Source: Flavobacteriales bacterium (GTDB lineage Bacteria > Bacteroidota > Bacteroidia > Flavobacteriales_D > Sanyastnellaceae). From it: 64,000 nt of DNA. Below the pieces are notes generated by a model. It had not been told where the DNA came from, made no database searches, and saw only the letters and a program-made list of their open reading frames with translations. Position numbers and translations under genes: made by a program. Shown here in pieces: positions 44,598 through 54,000 of the stretch; the first letter of the stretch is position 1, and each line of letters starts with the position of its first letter. Location of the stretch: positions 9,668-73,667 of the forward strand of contig JBILTL010000001.1 in NCBI GenBank assembly GCA_044371535.1. The letters are read 5' to 3'.

Positions 44598-45796
44598 GTA
44601 TTGTAGCGGAAATAAAACCCACAAACACATTCAGCTTCAAACCGAACAAACATTCGGTTGCTGATTTTCCAATGCCCACTACTCGCGTAGAGTCTTGGAA
44701 ATACACACGTGTTGGAGCCATTGATACCACTTGGAAACAAGCTGAACGCAATGCAAACCCAACAGTTTTAGAGCATGCCATTCGTATTGAAAACGGATTT
44801 ATAACTCTTCCTTCAACCTGCATTGCAGGAATTCAACTTACGTTGGGAAAGAATCTTTCTGCCAATCAGCAAGAGACCATTCTTTCTGTATTGTCGAAAG
44901 AAAACAGAACAGATGTGTTCGATGCGATTTCTGAGAACGCTTCAAACGATCTTGTATTAATTGAAGTGGAAAAAGGAAAATTGGTTGAAGAAGTTTTAGC
45001 CATTGAATTGGGAAACTCTTCGAACATGTGTATGAGTGCACCATATGTATTCATCGTTTCGAAAGAAAACTCGGTTGCAAAATTCACCGTTGATTTCAAA
45101 GGAGAATCAGAGCAGTCATTTCATTTGGTGAATGTATACGCCCATGTTGAAGCATCTGCTCAACTCGAGATTCACCAACTTCAAAACACATCGAAGAACG
45201 AATGCATCTTGTTGAGAGAGTCTATTTCTCAAGCGGAAAAAAGTGTTTTCAAAATCACAACTGTTACTGCCAGCGGAACATGGGTGCGCAATGAGTTGAA
45301 CATTCGTATTGAAGGACAACATTGTGAAACATTTCTAAGTGGAGCTTACTTCCCGAAGCAAGATCAATTGATCGACAATCATACGTTTGTTGACCATCAG
45401 GTTGCAAATTGCTACAGCAACGAGCTGTATAAAGGGGTGTTGTTTGAAAACGGAAAAGGCGTGTTCAACGGAAAAGTGTATGTGCACATTGATGCGCAAA
45501 AGACGAACGCCTATCAAAGCAACGCGAACATTATGATGAGCGACAACGCAAGCATGTTCACGAAGCCTGAATTGGAAATTTATGCCGACGATGTGAAGTG
45601 TAGCCACGGAACAACTACTGGTCAATTCGACGAAGAAGCTTTATTTTACTTGCGCGCAAGAGGATTGAGCGAAGAATCTGCGAAGAGACTTTTGGTTTCT
45701 GCATTTACTTCAGATGTGATGAACCGCATTTCCATTCCAAGTTGGAAGGAATACGTTCTTGCAACGCTTATTCAAAACGAAATCATAACCGAATAA
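44594..45796 (+). CDS. sufD: Fe-S cluster assembly protein SufD
   Basis: 400 aa with a beta-helix core shared with SufB ([19 protein letters not shown]). ATGA overlap with sufC. Confidence 0.9.
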   Translation: MSIVAEIKPTNTFSFKPNKHSVADFPMPTTRVESWKYTRVGAIDTTWKQAERNANPTVLEHAIRIENGFITLPSTCIAGIQLTLGKNLSANQQETILSVLSKENRTDVFDAISENASNDLVLIEVEKGKLVEEVLAIELGNSSNMCMSAPYVFIVSKENSVAKFTVDFKGESEQSFHLVNVYAHVEASAQLEIHQLQNTSKNECILLRESISQAEKSVFKITTVTASGTWVRNELNIRIEGQHCETFLSGAYFPKQDQLIDNHTFVDHQVANCYSNELYKGVLFENGKGVFNGKVYVHIDAQKTNAYQSNANIMMSDNASMFTKPELEIYADDVKCSHGTTTGQFDEEALFYLRARGLSEESAKRLLVSAFTSDVMNRISIPSWKEYVLATLIQNEIITE

Positions 45797-45813
45797 TCAT
45801 TCGGTTTCAAAAT

Positions 45814-47046
45814 ATGGACAACGACACCCTTCAACATAAAATGAAAGAATTGAAAGCTCAATTCCCAGCGTTGAATCAAGCGGTATACGGACGTCCACTT
45901 GTTTATTTAGACAACGCTGCAACCACGCAGAAGCCGCAGCGCGTGATCGATTCGGTGACGGAGTATTACACAAAGTGGAATGCGAATATTCACCGAGGTG
46001 CGCATTTTTTAGCGAATGCCTCTACTGAGAAATTCGAAGCTACCCGCTCTGCGTTAGCTGAAATGTTGCACGCGAATTTCCGCGAAGAAATTATTTTCAC
46101 GCAAGGAAGCACAGACAGTGTGAACATGCTTTCAACCATTTTAGAAAAAGAAGTTGAAGAAGGAGATGAGATCTGGGTAACAGAGATGGAACACCACGCG
46201 AACTTCGTTCCTTGGCAAGTGTTGGCAGAAAAGAAGAAAGCTGTTTTTCGATATATACCTATGACACCTTCGGGCGAATGGGATATGGATTACGCGAAAA
46301 GAGAATTGGGAAGCAAAGCGAAAATCGTTGCGTTCAATTACGTTTCGAATGCACTGGGAACCATTAATCCTGTTGAAGAATTAATAGCCCTTGCAAAGAG
46401 CACAGGAGCTTATGTTGTCATAGACGGCGCACAAGCGGTAGCCCATTTCGACATAAATGTTCAAGCCTTGAATTGCGATTTCTTCTTGTTCTCTGCTCAC
46501 AAAATGTACGGTCCAACAGGGCTTGGTGTTTTGTGGGGAAAGAAAGAGTTGTTGGAGAAACTTCCTCCATACAGATACGGTGGTGAAATGATTCGTCAGG
46601 TATCTGTAACAGGAACCACCTTCAACGAACTGCCTTTCAAGTACGAAGCAGGAACTCCGAACATTGAAGCAGTGATTGCATTCAACGAATCCATTTCATT
46701 CTGCAAGGAAGTGGGAAGAGAGAACATGCATGCGCATGAATATTTCTTGTTGAAGACTGCAACAGCTCGATTGAAAGAAATAGAAGGAATGACTGTTTAC
46801 GCAGACCTTCCGAATAAAGTAGGCGTGTTGAGTTTTAATGTGGAAGGCATTCATTCGGCCGATATTGGAACGTTGCTCGATCAGCAAGGTGTTGCTGTAA
46901 GAACGGGACATCACTGCACACAACCACTTTGGGAAAAGCTAGGAACCACGGGGTCTGTAAGAGCATCTTTTGCTTGTTACAATACCGTTGAAGACGTAGA
47001 ACTATTTATTGCTGCGCTGAACAAAAGCGTAAATATGTTGAGATAA
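45814..47046 (+). CDS. sufS: Cysteine desulfurase SufS (class II aminotransferase V)
   Basis: YLDNAATTQKP, SAHKMYGPTG (PLP lysine) and RTGHHCTQP catalytic cysteine loop. Start at ATG 45814. Confidence 0.95.
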   Translation: MDNDTLQHKMKELKAQFPALNQAVYGRPLVYLDNAATTQKPQRVIDSVTEYYTKWNANIHRGAHFLANASTEKFEATRSALAEMLHANFREEIIFTQGSTDSVNMLSTILEKEVEEGDEIWVTEMEHHANFVPWQVLAEKKKAVFRYIPMTPSGEWDMDYAKRELGSKAKIVAFNYVSNALGTINPVEELIALAKSTGAYVVIDGAQAVAHFDINVQALNCDFFLFSAHKMYGPTGLGVLWGKKELLEKLPPYRYGGEMIRQVSVTGTTFNELPFKYEAGTPNIEAVIAFNESISFCKEVGRENMHAHEYFLLKTATARLKEIEGMTVYADLPNKVGVLSFNVEGIHSADIGTLLDQQGVAVRTGHHCTQPLWEKLGTTGSVRASFACYNTVEDVELFIAALNKSVNMLR

Positions 47047-47474
47047 TGATAGAGCAAAAGCAACAAGAGATAATTGAAGAGTTTGCATTTTTCGAAGAAT
47101 GGATGCACAAGTACGAGCACATTATTGAGTTAGGAAAAGAAATGAAAGGCCTAACCGATGATGAGAAAAAAGACGACTTGCTTGTGGCTGGATGCCAATC
47201 GAAAGTTTGGTTGAAAGCATCGCTTCAAGAAAACGGAACAGTGAATTTCGAGGCGGATAGCGACGCTATTATTACACGTGGATTGGTGGCATTGGTCGTT
47301 GGCGTTTTCAATGAAGAAACGCCAGACGATATCTTAAAAGCTAACATTCATTTCATGAATGATATCGGATTGGTTTCAAACTTAAGTCAAACAAGAAGCA
47401 ACGGGCTTTCAGCAATGGTGAAACAAATCTTGTTGTATGCCACAGTTTTTCAAGCACAACAAAAAAGCAATTAA
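47046..47474 (+). CDS. sufE: Sulfur acceptor SufE
   Basis: 142 aa with the GCQSKVW active-site cysteine motif. Immediately follows sufS. Confidence 0.85.
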   Translation: MIEQKQQEIIEEFAFFEEWMHKYEHIIELGKEMKGLTDDEKKDDLLVAGCQSKVWLKASLQENGTVNFEADSDAIITRGLVALVVGVFNEETPDDILKANIHFMNDIGLVSNLSQTRSNGLSAMVKQILLYATVFQAQQKSN

Positions 47475-47476
47475 AT

Positions 47477-47788
47477 ATGGAGAAGGCCGCATTAACAGAG
47501 GATATTATTGCCAAATTGAAAACCATTTTCGATCCGGAAATTCCGGTAGATATTTATGAATTGGGGTTAATCTATGGAATTGACATTGCGGAAGACGCTG
47601 CTGTGAAAATAACCATGACCCTAACCTCGCCTTCTTGTCCAGTTGCAGAAACATTGCCTCCTGAAGTAGAAGATAAAATCAAGTCGGTTGAAGGTGTTTC
47701 AGATTGTAAAGTTGAAATTACCTGGGAACCCACTTGGGACAAAAGCATGATGAGTCAAGAGGCTCAACTTGAACTTGGGTTTTTGTAA
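47477..47788 (+). CDS. DUF59/MIP18-family Fe-S assembly protein (SufT-like)
   Basis: 103 aa with DPEIPVDIYELGLIY and TLTSPSCP motifs. Last gene of the suf cluster. Confidence 0.85.
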   Translation: MEKAALTEDIIAKLKTIFDPEIPVDIYELGLIYGIDIAEDAAVKITMTLTSPSCPVAETLPPEVEDKIKSVEGVSDCKVEITWEPTWDKSMMSQEAQLELGFL

Positions 47789-47796
47789 TCTGTGTT

Positions 47797-48561
47797 TTGA
47801 AAAAAATATTTTTCATATCATTCTTACTCACGCAATTCTTTGTGTGTCTTGGGCAATCCTCTGTCAGAAACATCCAACCGAACAACAACAGCTGGTTCAT
47901 GTATTTCGGTGATCATAAATTCTCAGAACATTGGGGAATTCATTTGGAAGCACAAATCAGAAGAAATGAAATCGTAACGAAACCTCTTCAACTTCTTTTA
48001 AGAACCGGTATCAATTATCACTTCGCGCCGAATGCTTTTGCAACTGCTGGATATTGTTACGTCCATACTTCACCTTATGGGGTATTCCCGGCTAAATCGG
48101 GTTTTCCAGAAAACAGATTTTGGGAACAGCTTCAAGTGAAATCACAAGCTGGACGAATTGAAATGATTACGCGTTTGCGCTTAGAACAACGCTTCTCGAA
48201 ACTTCCTGTTGCACAGTCAACAGGAGAATACGCGCCAGGCGATGATGCATACACCAATCGGGCGCGTATTCTTGTGCGTCTATCTGTTCCATTCAAAGGA
48301 AAAACCATTGAAGACAAATCTCTGTACTTCTCTTGCTACGACGAAGCGTTCATCAACTTCGGAGAAAATGTGCAAGCCAACATCTTCGATCAAAACCGGG
48401 CATACGCCGCACTTGGTTACAAATTTACTAAATGGGGAAAACTTGAAATCGGATACATGAATCAACTCCTTATAAAGGCAGACGGAGTAAAGATTGAAAA
48501 CAATCATACGCTTCAAGTAGGGTTTAGTTCGACCTTAGATTTCAGAAAGAAACATTCTTAA
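47797..48561 (+). CDS. DUF2490-like outer-membrane protein
   Basis: TTG start, signal peptide and beta-rich sequence (WFMYFGDHKFSEHWGIHLEAQIR) recalled as DUF2490. Confidence 0.65.
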   Translation: MKKIFFISFLLTQFFVCLGQSSVRNIQPNNNSWFMYFGDHKFSEHWGIHLEAQIRRNEIVTKPLQLLLRTGINYHFAPNAFATAGYCYVHTSPYGVFPAKSGFPENRFWEQLQVKSQAGRIEMITRLRLEQRFSKLPVAQSTGEYAPGDDAYTNRARILVRLSVPFKGKTIEDKSLYFSCYDEAFINFGENVQANIFDQNRAYAALGYKFTKWGKLEIGYMNQLLIKADGVKIENNHTLQVGFSSTLDFRKKHS

Positions 48562-48712
48562 GAAAGATACTTTGTAAGATGCTTCGCAAGATTCTGATGA
48601 AAGATACTCTGTAAGATGCTTCGCAAGATTCTATCGAAAGAAACTTCGTTAGTGTATCCACTAGCCGAAGGCTTCTTGTAAAACATCTTGTGAAACATCT
48701 TGCGAAGCATCT
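48562..48712. repeat. CAAGAT-word mini-hairpin array, two inverted arms (37-bp period in the left arm)
   Basis: aagatac(t/c)ttgtaagatgcttcgcaagattct repeats at 48564 and 48601. The centre is agcc-gaa-ggcttctt. The right arm is gtaaaacatcttgtgaaacatcttgcgaagcatctt. Confidence 0.9.
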
Positions 48713-48724
48713 TACCTTAGCCTT

Positions 48725-49228
48725 ATGAGTGGGGAGAGTTTTTTATACATACGTATTGTTGGAATAGCTCTTTTGCTTTCAACTGTTTCGTGCGCAACGG
48801 ATCAGGAGAAGGCACGCGACTACAACAACAAAATAACCGTTGAATTAGAGACCTGTGGTGTAGCTATTTTTCAGTTGGAAGAACAATTGGGTCAGCCGCA
48901 AAATCTGAATGAATTTTACTCGAAAGCTGAATCAACATTAAACACAGCAAAAGAGAATTTAACTGAAATTGGAAACTTCAAGGAAGACACACTTCTTGTT
49001 AATCCTGCACTCCGAACCGTAGAAAAATTTCAGGAAATTCTTTCAACGTATTACAAGCCACTTTGCAATTTGCATCAACTTCCACAAGAACAAATATCCT
49101 TCGCAACAACCGATAGCTGCAGGGTTCTGCGCATGTTCATTCAAAACGAATCGGTCTTCACACAACAAGATTTCGAAAACGCGCAACAGTCGTTTGCCGA
49201 TAAGTACAAGCTTGATTTAGCGGAATAA
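48725..49228 (+). CDS. Hypothetical lipoprotein
   Basis: 167 aa with lipobox LLSTVSC and a helical, charged mature part. No family recognised. Confidence 0.5.
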   Translation: MSGESFLYIRIVGIALLLSTVSCATDQEKARDYNNKITVELETCGVAIFQLEEQLGQPQNLNEFYSKAESTLNTAKENLTEIGNFKEDTLLVNPALRTVEKFQEILSTYYKPLCNLHQLPQEQISFATTDSCRVLRMFIQNESVFTQQDFENAQQSFADKYKLDLAE

Positions 49229-49229
49229 C

Positions 49230-50318
49230 TCAATCCTTCATTTCAGAAAAAATTCGACCCAAAATGATGGTCAATTTTTCTTCTGGAACGAGCGTTTGAA
49301 AGACCGGACTCTTTCCTTTCTCTTTCTCAACTCTGATCCCATTCTCATAGGGTTCTATGGCTAAAATGGTTTTGAAGGTCCATGTATTGTTTCTCACCAA
49401 TCCATCGAAAATAAGACGTTGATTGGTAACATATAAAACTCCAACATCCAACTCTTTCATTTCATCTGTGGTAATTCGCTGCACCGCCGTTCTTCCTGCT
49501 CGGAAAGAAACTCCTTTCATAATTTTAAATCTCAAGGCAGGACCACCATAAGAAAATCCATGTGTTACTGTTCGTAGTTCATGCCACGAAACATTCGTTT
49601 TATAGTAACAGACTTCATCCTTTTTTAGATTTATATCGACAGCCATAGGCACTAAAGGAGCATTCTCTAAACTCCAATTTTCCTTAAATCCATCAATGAT
49701 TTTTTGTGAATCTTCCTGAAAGGAATAGTTAACTCCCAAACTTGAACACGTCGAAAAGAATACATCTAATTCACCCGGACCAACTCGCTTATCGTCAATT
49801 ATTCCTTTGATGAGTCTATTGGCAATTTCAGAAACGTGCTTTTGAACTAGACTTGAGATTGCCTCCTCCTTCAAAGAAAAAGCTTCTTGAATTTTTAATA
49901 GAATCGCTTTCTCCTCATCAGACAACAATTCGTCTAGAACGAACTTCGCATACAATTCATCATATACTTTCAATCCCGAACTTGTATAGATCTTTTCTTT
50001 TTCTTCATTCGTTATGCAAAGCAACGCAGCTAGGTGCTCGAGCTCTTCAACTTCAGAAGCGGAAATTTCAGAGTCTGCAAGGAAGAAAGCAATCGCCAGA
50101 ACAAAACAATTCCGTAACTCTTCATTAAACTCCTTCTTCCAATCTTCAATTTTATAAGTCTCGCAAATCGACAAAACGTGTTCTTTTGTTACACCTAAAA
50201 TGCCGCGTTCGGCAAGAAGATTATTGAATTCAATAAAGGCATTCATCGAATTTTTCGAACCCGAAATGCGTTGCCAAAAACTAGATTCTAGTAAGGGTTT
50301 TTTCTCGAATAATTTCAT
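49230..50318 (-). CDS. Hypothetical protein with N-terminal TerB-like helical repeats and a C-terminal bacterial PH-like domain
   Basis: 362 aa and cytoplasmic. Three D-x-x-hydrophobic-x-x-x-E...L repeats (LADSEISASEVEELEHLAALL, LDELLSDEEKAILLKIQEAF, IDDKRVGPGELDVFFSTCSSL). C-terminus has GVLYVTNQRLIFDG, a PH/GRAM-like strand pattern. The domain call is inference. Confidence 0.55.
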   Translation of the reverse strand: MKLFEKKPLLESSFWQRISGSKNSMNAFIEFNNLLAERGILGVTKEHVLSICETYKIEDWKKEFNEELRNCFVLAIAFFLADSEISASEVEELEHLAALLCITNEEKEKIYTSSGLKVYDELYAKFVLDELLSDEEKAILLKIQEAFSLKEEAISSLVQKHVSEIANRLIKGIIDDKRVGPGELDVFFSTCSSLGVNYSFQEDSQKIIDGFKENWSLENAPLVPMAVDINLKKDEVCYYKTNVSWHELRTVTHGFSYGGPALRFKIMKGVSFRAGRTAVQRITTDEMKELDVGVLYVTNQRLIFDGLVRNNTWTFKTILAIEPYENGIRVEKEKGKSPVFQTLVPEEKLTIILGRIFSEMKD

Positions 50319-50434
50319 GAGAACTAAGATAGTCTAAAGTTATGCTGACGAATAAACAGCATATAACTTATAGGAATTTGGCATAAACATGAGGTGCCAA
50401 GTGGTTTTTCCTTTGGCTCAAAATTAATTGAGTC

Positions 50435-51061
50435 ATGAAAACCAAAAAAACAATTCTCTCCCTCTCTCTTTTGCTCGCGCTCTATTCGTGCGAAAAAGAG
50501 AAACCCATTCCTAACATTCAATGTCGCGTTGTTGAGCAAGGCTCTAACGTACCTATACCCTTCGCAGAAGTGCAATGGTATGAAATCGAAGGATTCGGAG
50601 GTTCCATCAACTATGTCCCCTCCTTCATTTCAATTGCAAATGAATCGGGTGAATTCGAAATGCCGAAAGATGCAACAGTCGATGTTGCAAAAGCAATAGC
50701 GAATTCAGCTAATCAGTATTCTGAATTCGGATTCACCGACGTTTCCTTTTTCGCAGGAAGCTCTTCAATTAGTATTCCCGTTTCATGCAAATCCACACTG
50801 CGTCTTCAACTCATAGACGATGCGAATACACCGCAGAACATAGTAGGCGCTTCTTTCAAAGTAAACAACGGCTTTCGAGGAGTTACGCAACAGGCAGATT
50901 TAGCTGGTCACGAAGATGAATGCTTCTTTGAAGTCCCTGCCCATTTCCCCATTGAACTAGAAATAAAAAAGCATTACGCCTCTGGAAATTATTCTTCGGA
51001 ATGGATAACCATTGAGCCCATACAAGCCAATGAAATCAGTACATACACCTTATACTATTAA
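50435..51061 (+). CDS. Hypothetical lipoprotein
   Basis: 208 aa with lipobox LALYSC and a beta-rich mature part. Lies directly upstream of the large T9SS cargo gene. Confidence 0.5.
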   Translation: MKTKKTILSLSLLLALYSCEKEKPIPNIQCRVVEQGSNVPIPFAEVQWYEIEGFGGSINYVPSFISIANESGEFEMPKDATVDVAKAIANSANQYSEFGFTDVSFFAGSSSISIPVSCKSTLRLQLIDDANTPQNIVGASFKVNNGFRGVTQQADLAGHEDECFFEVPAHFPIELEIKKHYASGNYSSEWITIEPIQANEISTYTLYY

Positions 51062-51065
51062 ACCC

Positions 51066-54000
51066 ATGAAAAAAATCTCTACCCTTTTTCTGTGCTTTTG
51101 CTCTTTGATAAATTTCGCGCAGAGCACCTACACACCTGTTATGAAATCGACAGCGTTCAGTCAAAACTTATCTAAAAACAATTCGCTTGTTTTTTCAAAA
51201 AGTCAAGCTGCAAAAGATGCATTTCTTTTTCTATGTGGAAAAGATTCAACGCATCTCTACTTCCCAGATTACGCGAACCACATTCGAAATCTTCCAAATG
51301 AAAACAACACAACCCATCTGGAAGTTTGGGATGTTCAATACACGCGAGAATCGAATAATACTGCCGATACCAGCCAATTCATTCTGAGCAATTCGCAAGG
51401 ACTGACTCCGGGTGTTCATGTATTCAACACAAGTAACTTCATTCACTCGAACTACTATTCGAACACACCCATTCAAGCAATAAGTTTCGATGATGGTATA
51501 ACATGGAACTCACTCGTGAATAATTCCATTTCAATCGTTGTTCCTTCCAACACAAATTGGTTTTCTGTTGCCGTGAAGTATTCAGTAAACGGAAAAACGA
51601 AAAAAACAGGAATCAAATTTCAAGTTGAAACGAAGAGCTTAATGAATCCCGATACTGCACCATGGCAAGTAAGCAGCTCGTTTGAAATTGATACGCTTTT
51701 AGGAAATAATTTTGTGAAAGGAAACGCCTATACGTTAATGAGTGCAGACGGCGTCTTCGATAAACCTTTTGTGTTCGTTGAAGGAATTGACTTCGGGACT
51801 GATCATCTTCCAACAAGAAACGGAACGTTTGGATGGGATGCGTTTTCTTCTGGTGCTTCAACCGGACAGTACGCTATGCTGCAATTGATGCCCTATTGGA
51901 TAGATACACTGCAGCAACATGGTTACGATTTAGTGCTCATTGATTTTTACGATGGTGCACGAAACATCAAAGAAAATGCTGCATTGGTTGAGAAGGTAAT
52001 TAATCTGTGCAATGCCCACAAGAATAGCACTGAAAGCATTGTCGTTGCTGGCGCAAGTATGGGTGGACTTATTTCGCGCTATGCGCTTCGCAACATGGAA
52101 ATTCAAAACAAACAGCATTGCACGCGTTTGTATATCAGCCTCGATGCGCCCCATTTGGGCGCCTACATTCCACTTAGCTTGCAATCGACCTTGCACTTTA
52201 TGGCTCCTCACAGTTCCGAGGCTCACAGCTTCGTTTACGATAAACTCAAACGTCCAGCAGCAAAGCAACTGCTGTTCTATCAATGGGGAATACCCGATCC
52301 CTTGCTTCCAACTGAATTCCTTCAATTTCAATCGGAGCTCAGTAGCCTCGGTCTTCCTCAACACTGCAGAAACATTGCTATTGCAAATGGAAATAAAAAC
52401 GGAATTGGACTAAGCGCAAATCCAGGAACACCGCTGCTCTTGGAATCATGCAATGCCACAAGCCTCCTTTCTGGAGACGAATTTAGATTGAAACTATTTC
52501 CGCTTCCGGGTTCTACAAACGACTCGGAAAGCACAGATGACTATCACATTCTTGCAGACTTAAAACTAACTGAAGTCGATTTCGATTTTCTCAGTATGTC
52601 TATCTCTGAGTATTCAGCGAAACCAAAAGTCTCGGCCTCTGCCCTTCCTTTCGACTATTCATGCGGCGGCTATTCCACTTCTATAAAAGAATTCGTAGAT
52701 GCGATCAATGAAAACAGTTCCTTCAGCAATGCGTGCGGGAATATCAGTTCCGACTTCTTCCAACTCTATCACAATTTTGTGCCAACCACAAGCGCCTTGC
52801 ACAGCAGCGTTAACGAACCGTTCACAGCAATTAACGAAGAGGAAATTCCCTTTGACAATTGGTATGCACCGTCAGGAAGCAATCAACCCCACTCGGGAAT
52901 CAACTACGGGAACTTGGCATTCATTGCGCAAGAAGTGTTCGCAGACGAACTACCGAATGGACATTCGGTTTTCAGAATGAATGTGGAAAATGGTTCGAAC
53001 TTCAACTTCGGAAAAACCGGTTTACAAGTGCTTCCTTCAACCATCATTGAAAACAATGCAATCGTAAGTGTTGGTGCACTCGGCGAAAGTCATTCATCTT
53101 TGAATAGCCTTGTATTTCCTGGAGATGAAGTAAACATTGAAACAGGCATTGACTGCGGACAAGGGAGCATTGATATTCGTGAAGGAGGTAGTCTTCTCAT
53201 TGGCGATGCGAATGGTACTGTGAACGCGAGGCTGCATGTTCAACAAACAACAACAATTAATCTTCAAAACAACGGAACGCTATTCATTCATCCGAATGGA
53301 CAGCTCATTCTTGAAAACAACGCTACCTTGAACCTTCTCGGAGGAACACTTCAAGTGGAAGGAAAAGTCGTCCTTCTTCCCGGAGGGAAAATTGTTTTTT
53401 CTTCAGGAGAAGTTGTATTAAACAACACAGCGGCTTCCGTTGAATTTCGAGGCGGACAACTTCACTTAACCGCACAATCAAATTTCAATGTTGAAGCGAT
53501 TCTAGGAGGGTTCGATATTTATTCTTCTTGGAATGAAACAGACGTGATCTTCGAATCGGGAAGTCGCATGCATGTTGAAGGAATCAATTCTGAAAACACC
53601 CTTCTTCGTATTCATGAAGGCGCTATGTTCAACGAGGCTGGAACTGCCAATTACATTCGATTCCAAAACGGAAGAATAGAACTTCAAGAAAACGCAACGC
53701 TTCTTTCCTACCAACGAATGTTCTTCAATAACGCAGAAATCATCGGCGCTGAAAATGCACTGTGTCAAGTCGACTACAACAATGTTACCTTCTTAAACAC
53801 TTCTTCCAACAACTGCAGAATAAAAAGCAACTATGGAAAACTGTCTGCGGTAAATTCAGATTTCACAAACAACAGCGCTATTAGCATTCGTTACGGAAAC
53901 TACAATTTCGAAGAATGTCTTTTCAATGCGTCCAATCTATTCTCTGAACATTTGAAATCCTTGAGTAAAATCAAAAATTCTGTTTTCGAAAACAACGACG

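Noticed and set aside
45362-45373. gatcaattgatc palindrome inside sufD as a remnant of a GATCAAT array
   Set aside because: It is a single isolated 12-mer with no flanking hairpin units. It encodes conserved-looking SufD sequence (DQLID). A chance occurrence is the simplest explanation.
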